Sequence record: KJ190157
Length of the DNA: 64,000 nt
Reading direction: 5' to 3' (one strand)
From: Escherichia phage vB_EcoS_FFH_1
Shown: positions 9,276 to 19,013 of the stretch, piece after piece
How positions within the stretch are numbered: position 1 is the stretch's first letter
Layout: the number at the start of each line of letters is the position of its first letter
The notes under the pieces: model-generated
Database searches by the model: none
The model's input: the letters and a program-made list of their open reading frames with translations, nothing else
What the model was told of the DNA's origin: nothing
Position numbers and translations under genes: made by a program

Positions 9276-9871
9276 CAAATCCGACATTGCTCCACGGGTG
9301 TTACGTGCGGGCATGTATGTGCGAATCCGACAATTTTTGGTAGTGTGCAAATCCGACCCGAAAAATTTTATAGTGTGCAAATCCGACAATGAATTTTCCC
9401 AAAAACTCCAGCAATCCGATGCTGCGCATCAATCCTGTGGAATTAGCTAGAATATGTGCAAATCCGACATGGGTTTATTTGTGCGAATCCGACAAGATTT
9501 TTGTGACTTTGATTGGAGGGCGTGTGATTGTAGGGGTTTGAGGAGAAGATGAGAGAGTGAGAGAAATTTGAGGGAACTGTGAGAGGGGCGCAGGATTGGT
9601 GCGGAGCACCTGATTTGCGGGGATTTTGGAGGAGATGTGAGATAACTTGGGTTAATTTGAGATAGGTGCAGAAAAAGCGAAATTTTATTAGCAAAATGGG
9701 GCAAAATAGCTTGACAAGTGAAAATTTCTGTGGCTCTAAAAACTCAGGCAATCATGGGCCTTCGGCCCGAAATAATGCTACTATTTTCAGGAGAGTAAGA
9801 GTTCCTAAAAACTTAGGCGTTTGTGCAAATCCGACCATAAATTTCTAGAAATGCAGTGTGCAAATCCGACA
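9272..9871. repeat. eight dispersed direct copies of TGTGC(A/G)AATCCGACA
   Basis: copies at 9272, 9318, 9346, 9374, 9455, 9480, 9822, 9857, all in the same orientation. Confidence 0.85.
9505..9665. repeat. polypurine (GA-rich) tract with strong strand asymmetry
   Basis: about 160 bp almost entirely G/A/T on the plus strand with GAG(A)G reiterations. Confidence 0.6.
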
Positions 9872-10334
9872 GTAATTTCTGGAAATGTGTTTTCAAAAAA
9901 TGTCTTCTAGAAATAACCGCCCTCCCTATAACCGCCCTGTATTAACCGCCTATTGCTGGAGTTTCTAGGAACAATGAAAACCGCCTGAGTTGACTGGAGA
10001 AACAGATTTAAAGTTTAATGTAAACTCTAGAGTTAGTGCTCAACTATTCCTAGAAACTTAGGAGTCTACTAGAAAGTGTTGTGCCATCCTAGCAGATGAG
10101 CGGCAACAGGTGTATCATCTTGAACACAGATATTGCCTTTAAATATTTTTATGTATTTTAAAAGTAAATAGTCCCCCATTTCATGTGAGATTTCCTCGTG
10201 GGGCGCGTGAGTATTACGGAAGACTTAGTAATTAGATCTATACTCGTGCTGTCGCAACGTATAGACGTAATACTAAGTGTAATAATCATCGCCCCTAGAG
10301 TTCAAAACAAGAGTTGTTTTTAATCTATGAGATT

Positions 10335-10364
10335 ATTATAACATGTGCCGCAATGAGTTGTCAA
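10335..10364 (-). promoter_or_regulatory. sigma70 promoter pointing into the repeat region
   Basis: minus strand TTGACA, 18 bp, TATAAT; no ORF immediately downstream. Confidence 0.5.
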
Positions 10365-10381
10365 GAAGATTTTGTTAACGT

Positions 10382-10738
10382 TTATACATCTCCTTCGAGA
10401 TTGGTATTGGGATCGTAAATTTTCTTGGCTCCTGTATTTAATAGGAATCGTTCTGCAAGTTGTGGGTGAATATCAAAGAACTCTGTGCATCCTTCGAATC
10501 CCTTTAAATTACAGCGGTATTTCTTAAAGTAGATATGTGCAGCGGCTTCTAGATCTCTAGGATTATGGGTTTCATAGATCCCATACACGTATAAATCGTC
10601 AAAACCACGATAAACTATCTTATCTAAGTTTAGTGTTTGAATCCTATTATGTGGATTCATACTAATACCGATCTTTGTTCTCTTAGGGATCTTCGTCAGA
10701 TCCCTATTTGCAAGAATATATACTTTATATAGTGACAT
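10382..10738 (-). CDS. hypothetical protein (possible GIY-YIG/T5orf172-like)
   Basis: 118 aa; weak resemblance only. Confidence 0.45.
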   Translation of the reverse strand: MSLYKVYILANRDLTKIPKRTKIGISMNPHNRIQTLNLDKIVYRGFDDLYVYGIYETHNPRDLEAAAHIYFKKYRCNLKGFEGCTEFFDIHPQLAERFLLNTGAKKIYDPNTNLEGDV

Positions 10739-11456
10739 TCTTTCTAGCCTTTAGATAGATTCCTTTAGATGCTAGATAAATATACGTAGCAAGGAATGAA
10801 GATGTAGATCCTGTTTCCTCAAGAGTAATAGATCCTTTTGCATAACGCTTAGTTCTAGGAGCCTGGTTAAGCACAAGTGCAGTGAGACTACCTAATCCTA
10901 GCGCATCCATTAAACGTTTGAAGGAGTCCTTTTCATCGTGGATAGCATATAGAATGTAATCTTCCGCTGTAGTTAGTTCTATATCACGATGATGTGCCAC
11001 TGCAATCCGTGCTACTACAGCTCCAATCGTTCTATAAATATCTTCAAACGTAATGCTAGTTTCAAAAGCTAATGCTGGAAGATGATCGAACTTACATTTC
11101 TTAGGTGGGATAAGAAGTTGCTCAGGATACGCTTCTAACGCTTCTCTAGCGGATGTTTCTCTATACGCTGGGAGAGGTTCATCAATAATAACATGAATAT
11201 AGTTTCCCATGTGACCTTTAGCAGTTGGATCTAAAGACTTGAGAAGTTTATTCATATCAACATAAGAGTAAGCAAGGTCAGCTTTTGCAGCTTTGTTATC
11301 GTACTTAATCTTACCACCTTCCCACCTAGCTGGGAACATCTCACAAACAAACATTACTGCATGTTTCTCTTGAGCAGTTAGATCAGAGAAACAGCGATGA
11401 TCAGCCCCCTTAGCGAGGGCTAGAATATTCTTAAATTTTACTGCCAAATCTTTCAT
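10725..11456 (-). CDS. hypothetical protein
   Basis: 243 aa ORF. Confidence 0.55.
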   Translation of the reverse strand: MKDLAVKFKNILALAKGADHRCFSDLTAQEKHAVMFVCEMFPARWEGGKIKYDNKAAKADLAYSYVDMNKLLKSLDPTAKGHMGNYIHVIIDEPLPAYRETSAREALEAYPEQLLIPPKKCKFDHLPALAFETSITFEDIYRTIGAVVARIAVAHHRDIELTTAEDYILYAIHDEKDSFKRLMDALGLGSLTALVLNQAPRTKRYAKGSITLEETGSTSSFLATYIYLASKGIYLKARKNVTI

Positions 11457-12076
11457 TAATTACCCCTCTTATCTTTATTAAGGGCAGCTCCCAACGCCTC
11501 CATAATAACATCTTCTAAACTTCCATGTTTACTAGGATTATTAAAATGAATAGTACAAACAGAACTCCTAGAAACTCCAGCATCCACAGGTGCTACGCTT
11601 CGCATATCAGATTCAAAAGCTTCTTGGGTATGTTTCAACTGTACAGAAGGGCCGTAATCTTCCCCAAACTTATATGACTTCGTACTACTTACCACACCCC
11701 CACAAGGAACATTGTGCATATCCGACATTAATCTTTTATCGGAGTTATTCAGCATTGAGATTGTCCCTGACTGCCACGGATCTCTAATAGTCACTGGAGT
11801 ACTAGGACGGTTCACCTCGGTCTTCACGAGTTTGTACCCCGCATCGATCAGTGCATTAATCAGGTTATCCGCCGGGATGCGAGCCGTACCAAAAATCTTA
11901 CGAGCATCTTCGAGCTTACCTTCAAGATCTTTACATGCTTTAATACTAGTGTGTGCAAAGGTTAGCTTCATAGATTTGAATTGTACAGTAGCAGTTAAAT
12001 CTTTAAAGCTATAATCCCATGTATTCAGTTCATGATCTGGTACTACTTGAATAGATTGTTGTGCATATAAAGTCAT
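11456..12076 (-). CDS. hypothetical protein
   Basis: 206 aa ORF, ATG/stop abutting neighbour. Confidence 0.55.
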   Translation of the reverse strand: MTLYAQQSIQVVPDHELNTWDYSFKDLTATVQFKSMKLTFAHTSIKACKDLEGKLEDARKIFGTARIPADNLINALIDAGYKLVKTEVNRPSTPVTIRDPWQSGTISMLNNSDKRLMSDMHNVPCGGVVSSTKSYKFGEDYGPSVQLKHTQEAFESDMRSVAPVDAGVSRSSVCTIHFNNPSKHGSLEDVIMEALGAALNKDKRGN

Positions 12077-12261
12077 TATTTATTCTCCAGTTTGTCTAAC
12101 AGTTTATGAGCTGCTAGATTATATTGTTTGAGTTCACGATTAAGGATTTGGTTTTCACACTTTAACTCTAAATTCTTATTATTAAGAATATTACAGATTA
12201 GTAGAAGTGCTAGTATAACTAGCAGGGAACCTACGAGCATTAAAAGAAAAAGAGTTTCCAT
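12076..12261 (-). CDS. small membrane protein
   Basis: 61 aa, N-terminal TM. Confidence 0.45.
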   Translation of the reverse strand: METLFLLMLVGSLLVILALLLICNILNNKNLELKCENQILNRELKQYNLAAHKLLDKLENK

Positions 12262-12494
12262 TATTTAATTCCCATGTAACGTTTGAGATACGTGATGAAG
12301 TCTTCTGTTGTATGTTCTACGCTACCCTGAACCACAAACAACTTTAAAGCCTCACGCTGTAATTTAAGAGCAGCTAACTCACCACGTAATTTTGTTATAT
12401 CTTCCGCTAGTTCTCTAGCTCTGCGCATAATAGCAAATGATACAAATGTTACAATAAATAACATAACTGCTAAAATAATTACTATGATCTCCAT
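12261..12494 (-). CDS. small membrane protein
   Basis: 77 aa, N-terminal TM plus coiled coil. Confidence 0.45.
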   Translation of the reverse strand: MEIIVIILAVMLFIVTFVSFAIMRRARELAEDITKLRGELAALKLQREALKLFVVQGSVEHTTEDFITYLKRYMGIK

Positions 12495-12772
12495 ATTAAC
12501 ATCCAGCTTTTATCATATATTTGGGCATGTTCTACTAATTCATTTATTGATGTAGAATTATCGTAGATACCCTCTAGTAAACGTTTTCTGTCAAATTTAT
12601 CAACCAAATACTCTGCGCCATTTATTACTACCCTATACAGCTCTGGAACTAATGGATGCTTGTTCGGTATTGGGCGACTACCTAAGTCTATTTCATTATA
12701 TCCCCACGTTGTTTTAAATAGTTTATTACTAAGTGCTGCTAATGGATTTGACCATACAATATAGCTACTCAC
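12482..12772 (-). CDS. hypothetical protein
   Basis: 96 aa ORF. Confidence 0.5.
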   Translation of the reverse strand: MSSYIVWSNPLAALSNKLFKTTWGYNEIDLGSRPIPNKHPLVPELYRVVINGAEYLVDKFDRKRLLEGIYDNSTSINELVEHAQIYDKSWMLIWRS

Positions 12773-13313
12773 TATTTATCTCCATTCTTAACTTTGAAAA
12801 CTTATTATACCAAATTATATGATTATCGTCAATTACAAATTTATGGTAACATGCTGGTACGGTATAAGTTCCATAATCCGTGACACGCTGCACAACCTTG
12901 TGTGCACACAGTCGACAACCATGCCCCTCTAAATGAGATCTAGCAGTTTGCCAGTAATAGCCATCGTGATCTGGACAATAAATCTCGACTTGTTGCTGCA
13001 TTGTTTTATAGTTTACACGCTCATACCCAAAGAAAGCTCCATGAGCTGCAACAGCTTTCTTGATAAATATAAGGTTTAGTGCTTCTTGCTGGAAGTCGGG
13101 GTGTAGCTGCTTAATCTTAGTCCTATTAATAGATCCATCCGATTTAATGAACCTATTTATTGGAAAGTTGTTAGCTTCCTCGATTAATAATTCATTTACT
13201 TTCTCTCTCATATTAAATAGTCTCACAGTTAAGGTAGAAACATTCGTAAGCATCCCCAGTAAACTCTTTATCCTGCAGTAAACACTTAGCTTGGTCTTCC
13301 GGTACTCCAGCAT
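12765..13313 (-). CDS. hypothetical protein (Cys/His cluster)
   Basis: 182 aa; CPDHDGYYW...HGCRLCAHK; start uncertain because of overlap with 13213..13491. Confidence 0.45.
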   Translation of the reverse strand: MLEYRKTKLSVYCRIKSLLGMLTNVSTLTVRLFNMREKVNELLIEEANNFPINRFIKSDGSINRTKIKQLHPDFQQEALNLIFIKKAVAAHGAFFGYERVNYKTMQQQVEIYCPDHDGYYWQTARSHLEGHGCRLCAHKVVQRVTDYGTYTVPACYHKFVIDDNHIIWYNKFSKLRMEINSE

Positions 13314-13491
13314 CTAATAATTGTTGTTTACTTGGCTTTTCAGCGAACACTTTTACAAAATACTCACCATCCTGATTATACTCATTTATATCTCTAGTAA
13401 GGACATATACTTGCATTTGAAGTTCCTTGAAACACAAAAGGCCAGAACAATTAAGTCCTGGCCCCTTAAAATTAATGAAGTTGTTTACCAC
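13213..13491 (-). CDS. hypothetical protein
   Basis: 92 aa ORF. Confidence 0.4.
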   Translation of the reverse strand: MVNNFINFKGPGLNCSGLLCFKELQMQVYVLTRDINEYNQDGEYFVKVFAEKPSKQQLLDAGVPEDQAKCLLQDKEFTGDAYECFYLNCETI

Positions 13492-13909
13492 TTCTTAACA
13501 TAGTGGCCGTTTCCATAAGACCTAGCGTAGTATCACGCTTATTGATCTGTTTACCAAGTTCATCAGTACGTTTACTGATGTAAGCATTAATAGCCATATT
13601 CATAGCTGTAGCGAGATCTTCTTTGGTTATCTCTTCATCGTCTAAGGCTAATTTAGCCAAAGAATCAAATGTGCTAGAGAGTCCTATAAGATCTGAGGTT
13701 TCTCCAGCCAGAATAGGATTAATATTATCTACTGTTACTTCTAGCATGGAGTTAACAATATCTTCGCCGTCTATTAGGCCAGATTCAATATTACTCTCCC
13801 ACTCCTTCATCTGCTCCAGCAATGGATTTTTCTTTTCTGTCATGGTAGAGGTTTCCTGTATCTGTGGGTAAGAAGGATGATTGTGTCTTAGGAGGATGTT
13901 GCTTAGCAA
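13472..13909 (-). CDS. hypothetical protein
   Basis: 145 aa acidic ORF. Confidence 0.5.
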   Translation of the reverse strand: MLSNILLRHNHPSYPQIQETSTMTEKKNPLLEQMKEWESNIESGLIDGEDIVNSMLEVTVDNINPILAGETSDLIGLSSTFDSLAKLALDDEEITKEDLATAMNMAINAYISKRTDELGKQINKRDTTLGLMETATMLRSGKQLH

Positions 13910-14252
13910 TCCAGTTAAGAATCAGCACGCGACAAGGAACAATATCAGTATTGTACCAGAAATCATGAACCCATTGACGAGCATCCTCAAACTTACCAAA
14001 TTTATATGCTTTCTTAAACAATTCAAACCCAAAACAATCTGGTGTAAAGTCTACTTCACGATATTGAACTACTTTAGAACCAGTTAGGTCTTGGATCGCT
14101 GCATTAATTTCTGTATGCGAGAATTTTGTTTCGTGAAACTTATTAAAGAATCGGTAGTTGAAGCGTCCGTTCGTTTCGACAAACAACTGGATGAAGAGAT
14201 CGTTAAATTGGTTATCAAACCAGTAATTCTGTATTTGTTGTAATGCTGTCAT
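13791..14252 (-). CDS. hypothetical protein
   Basis: 153 aa ORF. Confidence 0.5.
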   Translation of the reverse strand: MTALQQIQNYWFDNQFNDLFIQLFVETNGRFNYRFFNKFHETKFSHTEINAAIQDLTGSKVVQYREVDFTPDCFGFELFKKAYKFGKFEDARQWVHDFWYNTDIVPCRVLILNWIAKQHPPKTQSSFLPTDTGNLYHDRKEKSIAGADEGVGE

Positions 14253-14449
14253 TTACGAACTCCGTTAATTGCCACGATGATGCCTTCGTACATAAAAGGA
14301 AGTAGTTCAGAAGTGTAGAAGATATTTTCCGTTATTCCTAGATGTCGAAAAAGTATATTAAATAATGTTGTTAGAAACACAATCTGAGGCAGTAATATAA
14401 AATACTCAGTTACAATCTTTGGTGCTTGATAAACAAGACGTTTTATCAT
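14249..14449 (-). CDS. small membrane protein
   Basis: 66 aa. Confidence 0.4.
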   Translation of the reverse strand: MIKRLVYQAPKIVTEYFILLPQIVFLTTLFNILFRHLGITENIFYTSELLPFMYEGIIVAINGVRK

Positions 14450-14548
14450 TGTTTTTAAGTCTCCTTATTACTTTGGCCTGCTCCACAATAATGAAAACTG
14501 CGAGCACTAATAGTGCTATTAGCCCCGCAGTAATTGGTACTAAATCAA

Positions 14549-14926
14549 TCATGGGAGACGCCATACGTAATTAGCTGTCTGTAGAACCTTAGGTGTGTCA
14601 TCATGATACATTACTACAGACTTTGGTGAATAGCTATCAGCTAGCTCTTTACGAATCATCTTACATTCTTCACCAGTATCGATATTTTTAACTATCACTT
14701 TCATATTAAGAGGTGTTAATACAGAAAGCGGTTTCCAGAAGTCCTCAATCTCAATTCCTACCTTTTTCTCGATTACCATGAGGACTTCTAGTGTATCATC
14801 TGGAATACTAATATTATTATTCACAAACTGTAATATCTCATGTAAGGTATTTAATTCATTAAAATTAAGCTTCATCTTTAAGAATATCCTCAACCATATC
14901 ACAGGACTGTTGCAATTCGTCAGCAA
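14549..14926 (-). CDS. hypothetical protein
   Basis: 125 aa. Confidence 0.5.
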   Translation of the reverse strand: MLTNCNSPVIWLRIFLKMKLNFNELNTLHEILQFVNNNISIPDDTLEVLMVIEKKVGIEIEDFWKPLSVLTPLNMKVIVKNIDTGEECKMIRKELADSYSPKSVVMYHDDTPKVLQTANYVWRLP

Positions 14927-15110
14927 TGCGCTTAATATCGGTCTTCGTCACTCTACCGATTAACATCACCAGTAACATAGAAAGTATAATAAGTGGGACT
15001 GGAATAACAAATAAAGCTACCTTAACAACATTCTTTGGCGTCCATGTGTGGTACTTGGTAACCAGTACACCAACCACAATTAGATAAAACGCTAGAATAA
15101 ACATCATCAT
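14865..15110 (-). CDS. membrane protein
   Basis: 81 aa, two TM helices. Confidence 0.45.
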   Translation of the reverse strand: MMMFILAFYLIVVGVLVTKYHTWTPKNVVKVALFVIPVPLIILSMLLVMLIGRVTKTDIKRIADELQQSCDMVEDILKDEA

Positions 15111-15388
15111 TTTTTAATCTCCGTAATTATCTGTGCACGCATTACTTTATTAGGTAATTTTGTATTCCCAGCTATTGCTTCAATATTATTTAGTTTTTCT
15201 TTTAGAATATCTGAGCGTCTCTGTGCTAGTTCAATATCTTGTTCTTGTTCTATTAAGCGGCAGTGAAGTCCACTATTAGTAGTAAGCATACTCTCTATAT
15301 TTTTTCGCATGCTTACAATACCAATAATCCCGCCAATCGCTACTAGTGTCATAAGCACTAGCAATCCAATGAGAATTTCAGTTAACAT
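15107..15388 (-). CDS. membrane protein
   Basis: 93 aa, N-terminal TM. Confidence 0.45.
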   Translation of the reverse strand: MLTEILIGLLVLMTLVAIGGIIGIVSMRKNIESMLTTNSGLHCRLIEQEQDIELAQRRSDILKEKLNNIEAIAGNTKLPNKVMRAQIITEIKK

Positions 15389-15551
15389 TAAATGCCCCTA
15401 CATTTTTCGTTATTTGGCGTTACTTTGCAAATCTCTACGTTTAGCTCATGAAGAGACTTGTCTACTTCAGTTAAGCGTATGTTAAGAGAAACCATATTAT
15501 ATATTAGTATTCCTATAAGGAATGACAGTATTGAAATTGATACTCTTTCCA

Positions 15552-15821
15552 CTATTTCTTACCTTTCAGTTGCTTAACTTCACGCTCAAAAGATGCTGCA
15601 CGACGTTCGGCAGTCGCTTGATGCTCTTTAGCAAAACGTGCTTCCTGTTTTGCAAGGTTGAATGCCATAGCATTCTTATTCAGAGAATCATACATCTTTT
15701 TCATTGCCGGAATAGACATCTTCATGAGCTGACCCTCAAAACCCTGCATGTCGAGGAGAATTGCCAGAACGTTAGCCATTTCATTTTTAGTCATGTTTTC
15801 CATTAGAATTTCCTCTCTCAT
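15552..15821 (-). CDS. hypothetical protein
   Basis: 89 aa; canonical promoter at 15836-15864. Confidence 0.5.
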   Translation of the reverse strand: MREEILMENMTKNEMANVLAILLDMQGFEGQLMKMSIPAMKKMYDSLNKNAMAFNLAKQEARFAKEHQATAERRAASFEREVKQLKGKK

Positions 15822-15835
15822 TAATTTATGAACTT

Positions 15836-15864
15836 ATTATACAGAATTTTAAGGCTTAAAGCAA
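15836..15864 (-). promoter_or_regulatory. T5-type early sigma70 promoter
   Basis: TTGCTT, 17 bp, TATAAT on minus strand. Confidence 0.7.
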
Positions 15865-15881
15865 CTGAATTTTTTAATTAC

Positions 15882-16313
15882 TTACCAATCATTAACAACG
15901 CCGGAGAACTCAGAAGCAAAAACTTTTTCAAATTTCTCTGTAATTTCAGGATGATCTTTGCAGATCAGCTCAATGCATGCTTCTGGAGTCATTCCTTCAT
16001 CTTCAGGATCACCATAGTATTTATCCCAAAGATCATCGGGGATGATGTGCTCCGCCAAATCTTGGAAAGAGATTAGCTGATAACGTTCTGCTTCCTCGGG
16101 GATAAGGATTTCACAAAGATCTTTATCTATATCGCTACGATAATCCGCAATTAATAGGGCATTGCAAGCATGACACTCCCAAACCATCAAGCGTTCAGAA
16201 ATAGGATTAGACTTATCCTGAACGTAAGACTGAAACAGGGTTCGGAAAGTTGCCTTAACTTGTTCAAACTTATCTGCTGCTGCGAAAACTAGAGCTTTAT
16301 CAACTTTGTTCAT
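15882..16313 (-). CDS. hypothetical protein
   Basis: 143 aa; canonical promoter at 16344-16372. Confidence 0.55.
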   Translation of the reverse strand: MNKVDKALVFAAADKFEQVKATFRTLFQSYVQDKSNPISERLMVWECHACNALLIADYRSDIDKDLCEILIPEEAERYQLISFQDLAEHIIPDDLWDKYYGDPEDEGMTPEACIELICKDHPEITEKFEKVFASEFSGVVNDW

Positions 16314-16343
16314 TTTGATTCCTTCTCATCAATTTATAAAGTA

Positions 16344-16372
16344 ATTATACAGAAACTTAAGCATTTTAGCAA
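16344..16372 (-). promoter_or_regulatory. T5-type early sigma70 promoter
   Basis: TTGCTA, 17 bp, TATAAT. Confidence 0.7.
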
Positions 16373-16480
16373 ATAAAACTTTTAGTTAAAATGCCTAATC
16401 CTGTGCCAATAGCAATACAAATGATTATAAGTATTGCTACTGTTTGTATGATTCGTTTAATAATAGCCTCAGCTATATAC

Positions 16481-17071
16481 TTAGACATTTATATCTCCAC
16501 GCAATACGGCAGCTACATCTTCCCCTATTTGTAATACTTCGCCGGTAGTACAATTAACTACTCTATCATAGCTAGTAAACTTACCAGATACAATATCCTC
16601 CAGTGGGATTGGAGTTTTACTCATTTCAAATGAGACATTAATATAACGTGGATCACGTAGAGAAGTAGTATGTACATGCCCGTGAATATTTAGTTTGCCA
16701 CGAAGTTCATTAGGGTGCAAAGGGCAGTGAGATAGCCAAAACTTTTTGCCGCCTCCAGTCTGTTTACCTAGAGCCTGGATATCGTCATAAACTTCCGCTA
16801 AATCCCTGATGCTCAGTCCTTGACGTTCCGCATCATGATTACCCATAATAAGTTGATTAGGGACATTGTGGATAACCGACTTTAATTTGGTTAGACCTTC
16901 ACGACCTACTGCAATATCTCCTAGCAAAATAAGTTTTGTTCGTTTACCAATATGTTTAGACAAAGTATCTAGAATATACTCATCGTGCTCTTTCATGTTC
17001 TTAAACCACGGACGGAAACGTAACGCTCCAGGGTGGTCTAGATGCAAGTCTGACCAGAATTTAACTTTCAT
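16481..17071 (-). CDS. metallophosphoesterase
   Basis: 196 aa; motifs DLHLDH, GDIAVGREG, GNHDAE, HGHVHT. Confidence 0.7.
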   Translation of the reverse strand: MKVKFWSDLHLDHPGALRFRPWFKNMKEHDEYILDTLSKHIGKRTKLILLGDIAVGREGLTKLKSVIHNVPNQLIMGNHDAERQGLSIRDLAEVYDDIQALGKQTGGGKKFWLSHCPLHPNELRGKLNIHGHVHTTSLRDPRYINVSFEMSKTPIPLEDIVSGKFTSYDRVVNCTTGEVLQIGEDVAAVLRGDINV

Positions 17072-17360
17072 TACTCTTTTCCTTATTCTGTATTAAACTA
17101 TCAACCCAAGAGGTTAACACTTTGGTTTTAAACTCCTCGGGAGTCTCTCCTTCCTTAAGATCTACCTCATTAAGGTAGGTAGTAAGCCTTGTTTCTATCT
17201 CTATTTCAGCAGGAGAATTAAAACAAAAATTGACTGCTATTCCAGAATATATTACTCCGGTGTCTCCTTTGACGAAAGCATTAACTAATGCCCTCCAACG
17301 AAGGGCATCAATACGCATTGCTCGTAATTCTTCTTGTACTTCTTTCATTCTATCATTCAT
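17061..17360 (-). CDS. hypothetical protein
   Basis: 99 aa. Confidence 0.5.
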   Translation of the reverse strand: MNDRMKEVQEELRAMRIDALRWRALVNAFVKGDTGVIYSGIAVNFCFNSPAEIEIETRLTTYLNEVDLKEGETPEEFKTKVLTSWVDSLIQNKEKSNES

Positions 17361-18235
17361 TAAAGGATCCTCTGTACACCACAGCTATCTTCTCGAAGCG
17401 TGGTAAATGTTGTGATTTTCCCCGTTTCATCATTAACTTGCGCAACCGTCAACTGCCCGTTGAAAACACCGCCAGTATCTAGGTAAACACGATTCTGGTA
17501 TAAAATAGGGTAAGGTACTCCAGTATGTCCGTGAAACACGAAATCTACTCCATTAACTGGAGGTACTTCTACCATGTATTTCTCTTTAAACCCTGCATAA
17601 CGCTGGAAATATGAGTGTTCTTCACCATTTTTAGATAAGTGAAAACCTATTTCTTGGATTACATCTCGATCCCATAAGTATGGCTCAACATGGTATCCAG
17701 GATGATCATGTGGGTCTTCCTTAGCTGCTTCTACTTGTGCAATAAGGTTATCCCATACTGGGGTTTCTACTTCGTTACCACATTCTTTGTACGTAAAAGG
17801 TACACCACCATGAACAACACCATACTTCTGGCCACGATGTTTAACAGTTAGGAACACTGGCATTTTTTCAGCCATGTCTTCGGCAATATTTTTAATGGTA
17901 TCTGCATCTAGTTCATTCATGGCCCACATACCACCGTTATACATCCAGTTAGCCCAATCTCCCACAATCATAAATTGGTCATGATTACCACGGACACTGA
18001 TAAAGCGTGGATTATACAGGAATTTGGCTAAAACTTGTAGGTTCTGCGTGCCTCGATCAATTAAATCCCCCACGCATACAACGCAGTCTTTCTTGCCGTT
18101 ATAGCCAGCTAATTGTAGTGCATCTTCTAGTAAATCGTTGCATCCATGAATATCACCAACAAAGAATAAGTTAACATCATCCGGTACTACTAGTGTTTTA
18201 TGCACATTAAATTCTTTTTTCATAATTATTCCCAA
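17360..18235 (-). CDS. Ser/Thr protein phosphatase (PPP family)
   Basis: 291 aa; GDIHG, GDLIDRG, GNHDQ motifs. Confidence 0.8.
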   Translation of the reverse strand: MGIIMKKEFNVHKTLVVPDDVNLFFVGDIHGCNDLLEDALQLAGYNGKKDCVVCVGDLIDRGTQNLQVLAKFLYNPRFISVRGNHDQFMIVGDWANWMYNGGMWAMNELDADTIKNIAEDMAEKMPVFLTVKHRGQKYGVVHGGVPFTYKECGNEVETPVWDNLIAQVEAAKEDPHDHPGYHVEPYLWDRDVIQEIGFHLSKNGEEHSYFQRYAGFKEKYMVEVPPVNGVDFVFHGHTGVPYPILYQNRVYLDTGGVFNGQLTVAQVNDETGKITTFTTLREDSCGVQRIL

Positions 18236-18471
18236 ATAACATTTAAAATAGTTGTACCATAATTATTTGATAGTTTGAGAGTATAACCCTCTTTATTGAG
18301 GGCTTTTATAGCTTCATAACTAATTTCGTCACGATTAAGCTGTACAAAAGAACCTCCAATCTCGACAGAAGATACTATCCTCCGCTTAACCCATCTATAC
18401 GTTTTCTTTCGGCTCTTAAGGGACGCGGCTCTATTTATCCTAGCTAAACGTTTTGCTTGTTCCGCTAACAT
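18226..18471 (-). CDS. hypothetical protein
   Basis: 81 aa basic N-terminus. Confidence 0.45.
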   Translation of the reverse strand: MLAEQAKRLARINRAASLKSRKKTYRWVKRRIVSSVEIGGSFVQLNRDEISYEAIKALNKEGYTLKLSNNYGTTILNVIWE

Positions 18472-18475
18472 TTAA

Positions 18476-18910
18476 TTATCTCCAATGGTTAGTATGTTTT
18501 TCAGCCTCTTCATCATTAGGTTCAAATACTACGTGGCAATCTACAGCTTCCCAAAAGGCTTCACGGATTAAGGAGTTTTTAGCTGAAATATCTAACTCTT
18601 CCCACTCTTCTAAAGTCTCTAGGTCTGTATCAACTTCGGTATCACAGCCAACCAAACCCAGAGACACAACAAGAGTAAGACAATCTTCACGTTCTTCGGG
18701 ATAAACCTCAGCATACTCCCAAGCAGCTTCTTCAACATAATATTGTTGTTCCTTTTCTGGAAGTGACTTATACTTTTCTTCTGTAATACCCATCTCAACA
18801 GCGCGAGTACCACAAACTACGTTATTATTAATAATTAGATATGCATAGTTCATTGGAATACCCCTATTTCTTGTAGTGCGTTGATAGCCCCTAGTATGAC
18901 TAGAACCCAT
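18476..18910 (-). CDS. hypothetical protein
   Basis: 144 aa acidic; true start may be the internal MNYAYL. Confidence 0.5.
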   Translation of the reverse strand: MGSSHTRGYQRTTRNRGIPMNYAYLIINNNVVCGTRAVEMGITEEKYKSLPEKEQQYYVEEAAWEYAEVYPEEREDCLTLVVSLGLVGCDTEVDTDLETLEEWEELDISAKNSLIREAFWEAVDCHVVFEPNDEEAEKHTNHWR

Positions 18911-18943
18911 ACGAAGATAGCCTTCCCATCAATTTATATAAGT

Positions 18944-18972
18944 ATTATACCAAAATTTTTAGCAAAAAGCAA
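18944..18972 (-). promoter_or_regulatory. T5-type early sigma70 promoter
   Basis: TTGCTT, 17 bp, TATAAT. Confidence 0.7.
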
Positions 18973-18982
18973 GTAAAATAAA

Positions 18983-19008
18983 AGCCTGATCCGCTAAGAT
19001 CAGGCTTG
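18983..19008 (-). terminator. rho-independent terminator
   Basis: AGCCTGATC...GATCAGGCT, U-rich on minus strand. Confidence 0.65.
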
Positions 19009-19013
19009 GTTTA

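Noticed and set aside
9272-9871. Possible CRISPR array (repeated 15-bp TGTGCAAATCCGACA)
   Set aside because: Repeats are only 15 bp, spacing is irregular (25-342 bp), there is no cas gene context, and the setting is a lytic phage terminal region; more consistent with protein-binding site clusters.
10382-10738. Confident GIY-YIG endonuclease call
   Set aside because: Only a vague resemblance to the T5orf172/GIY-YIG-like fold; the catalytic GIY and YIG motifs are not clearly present, so kept as hypothetical.
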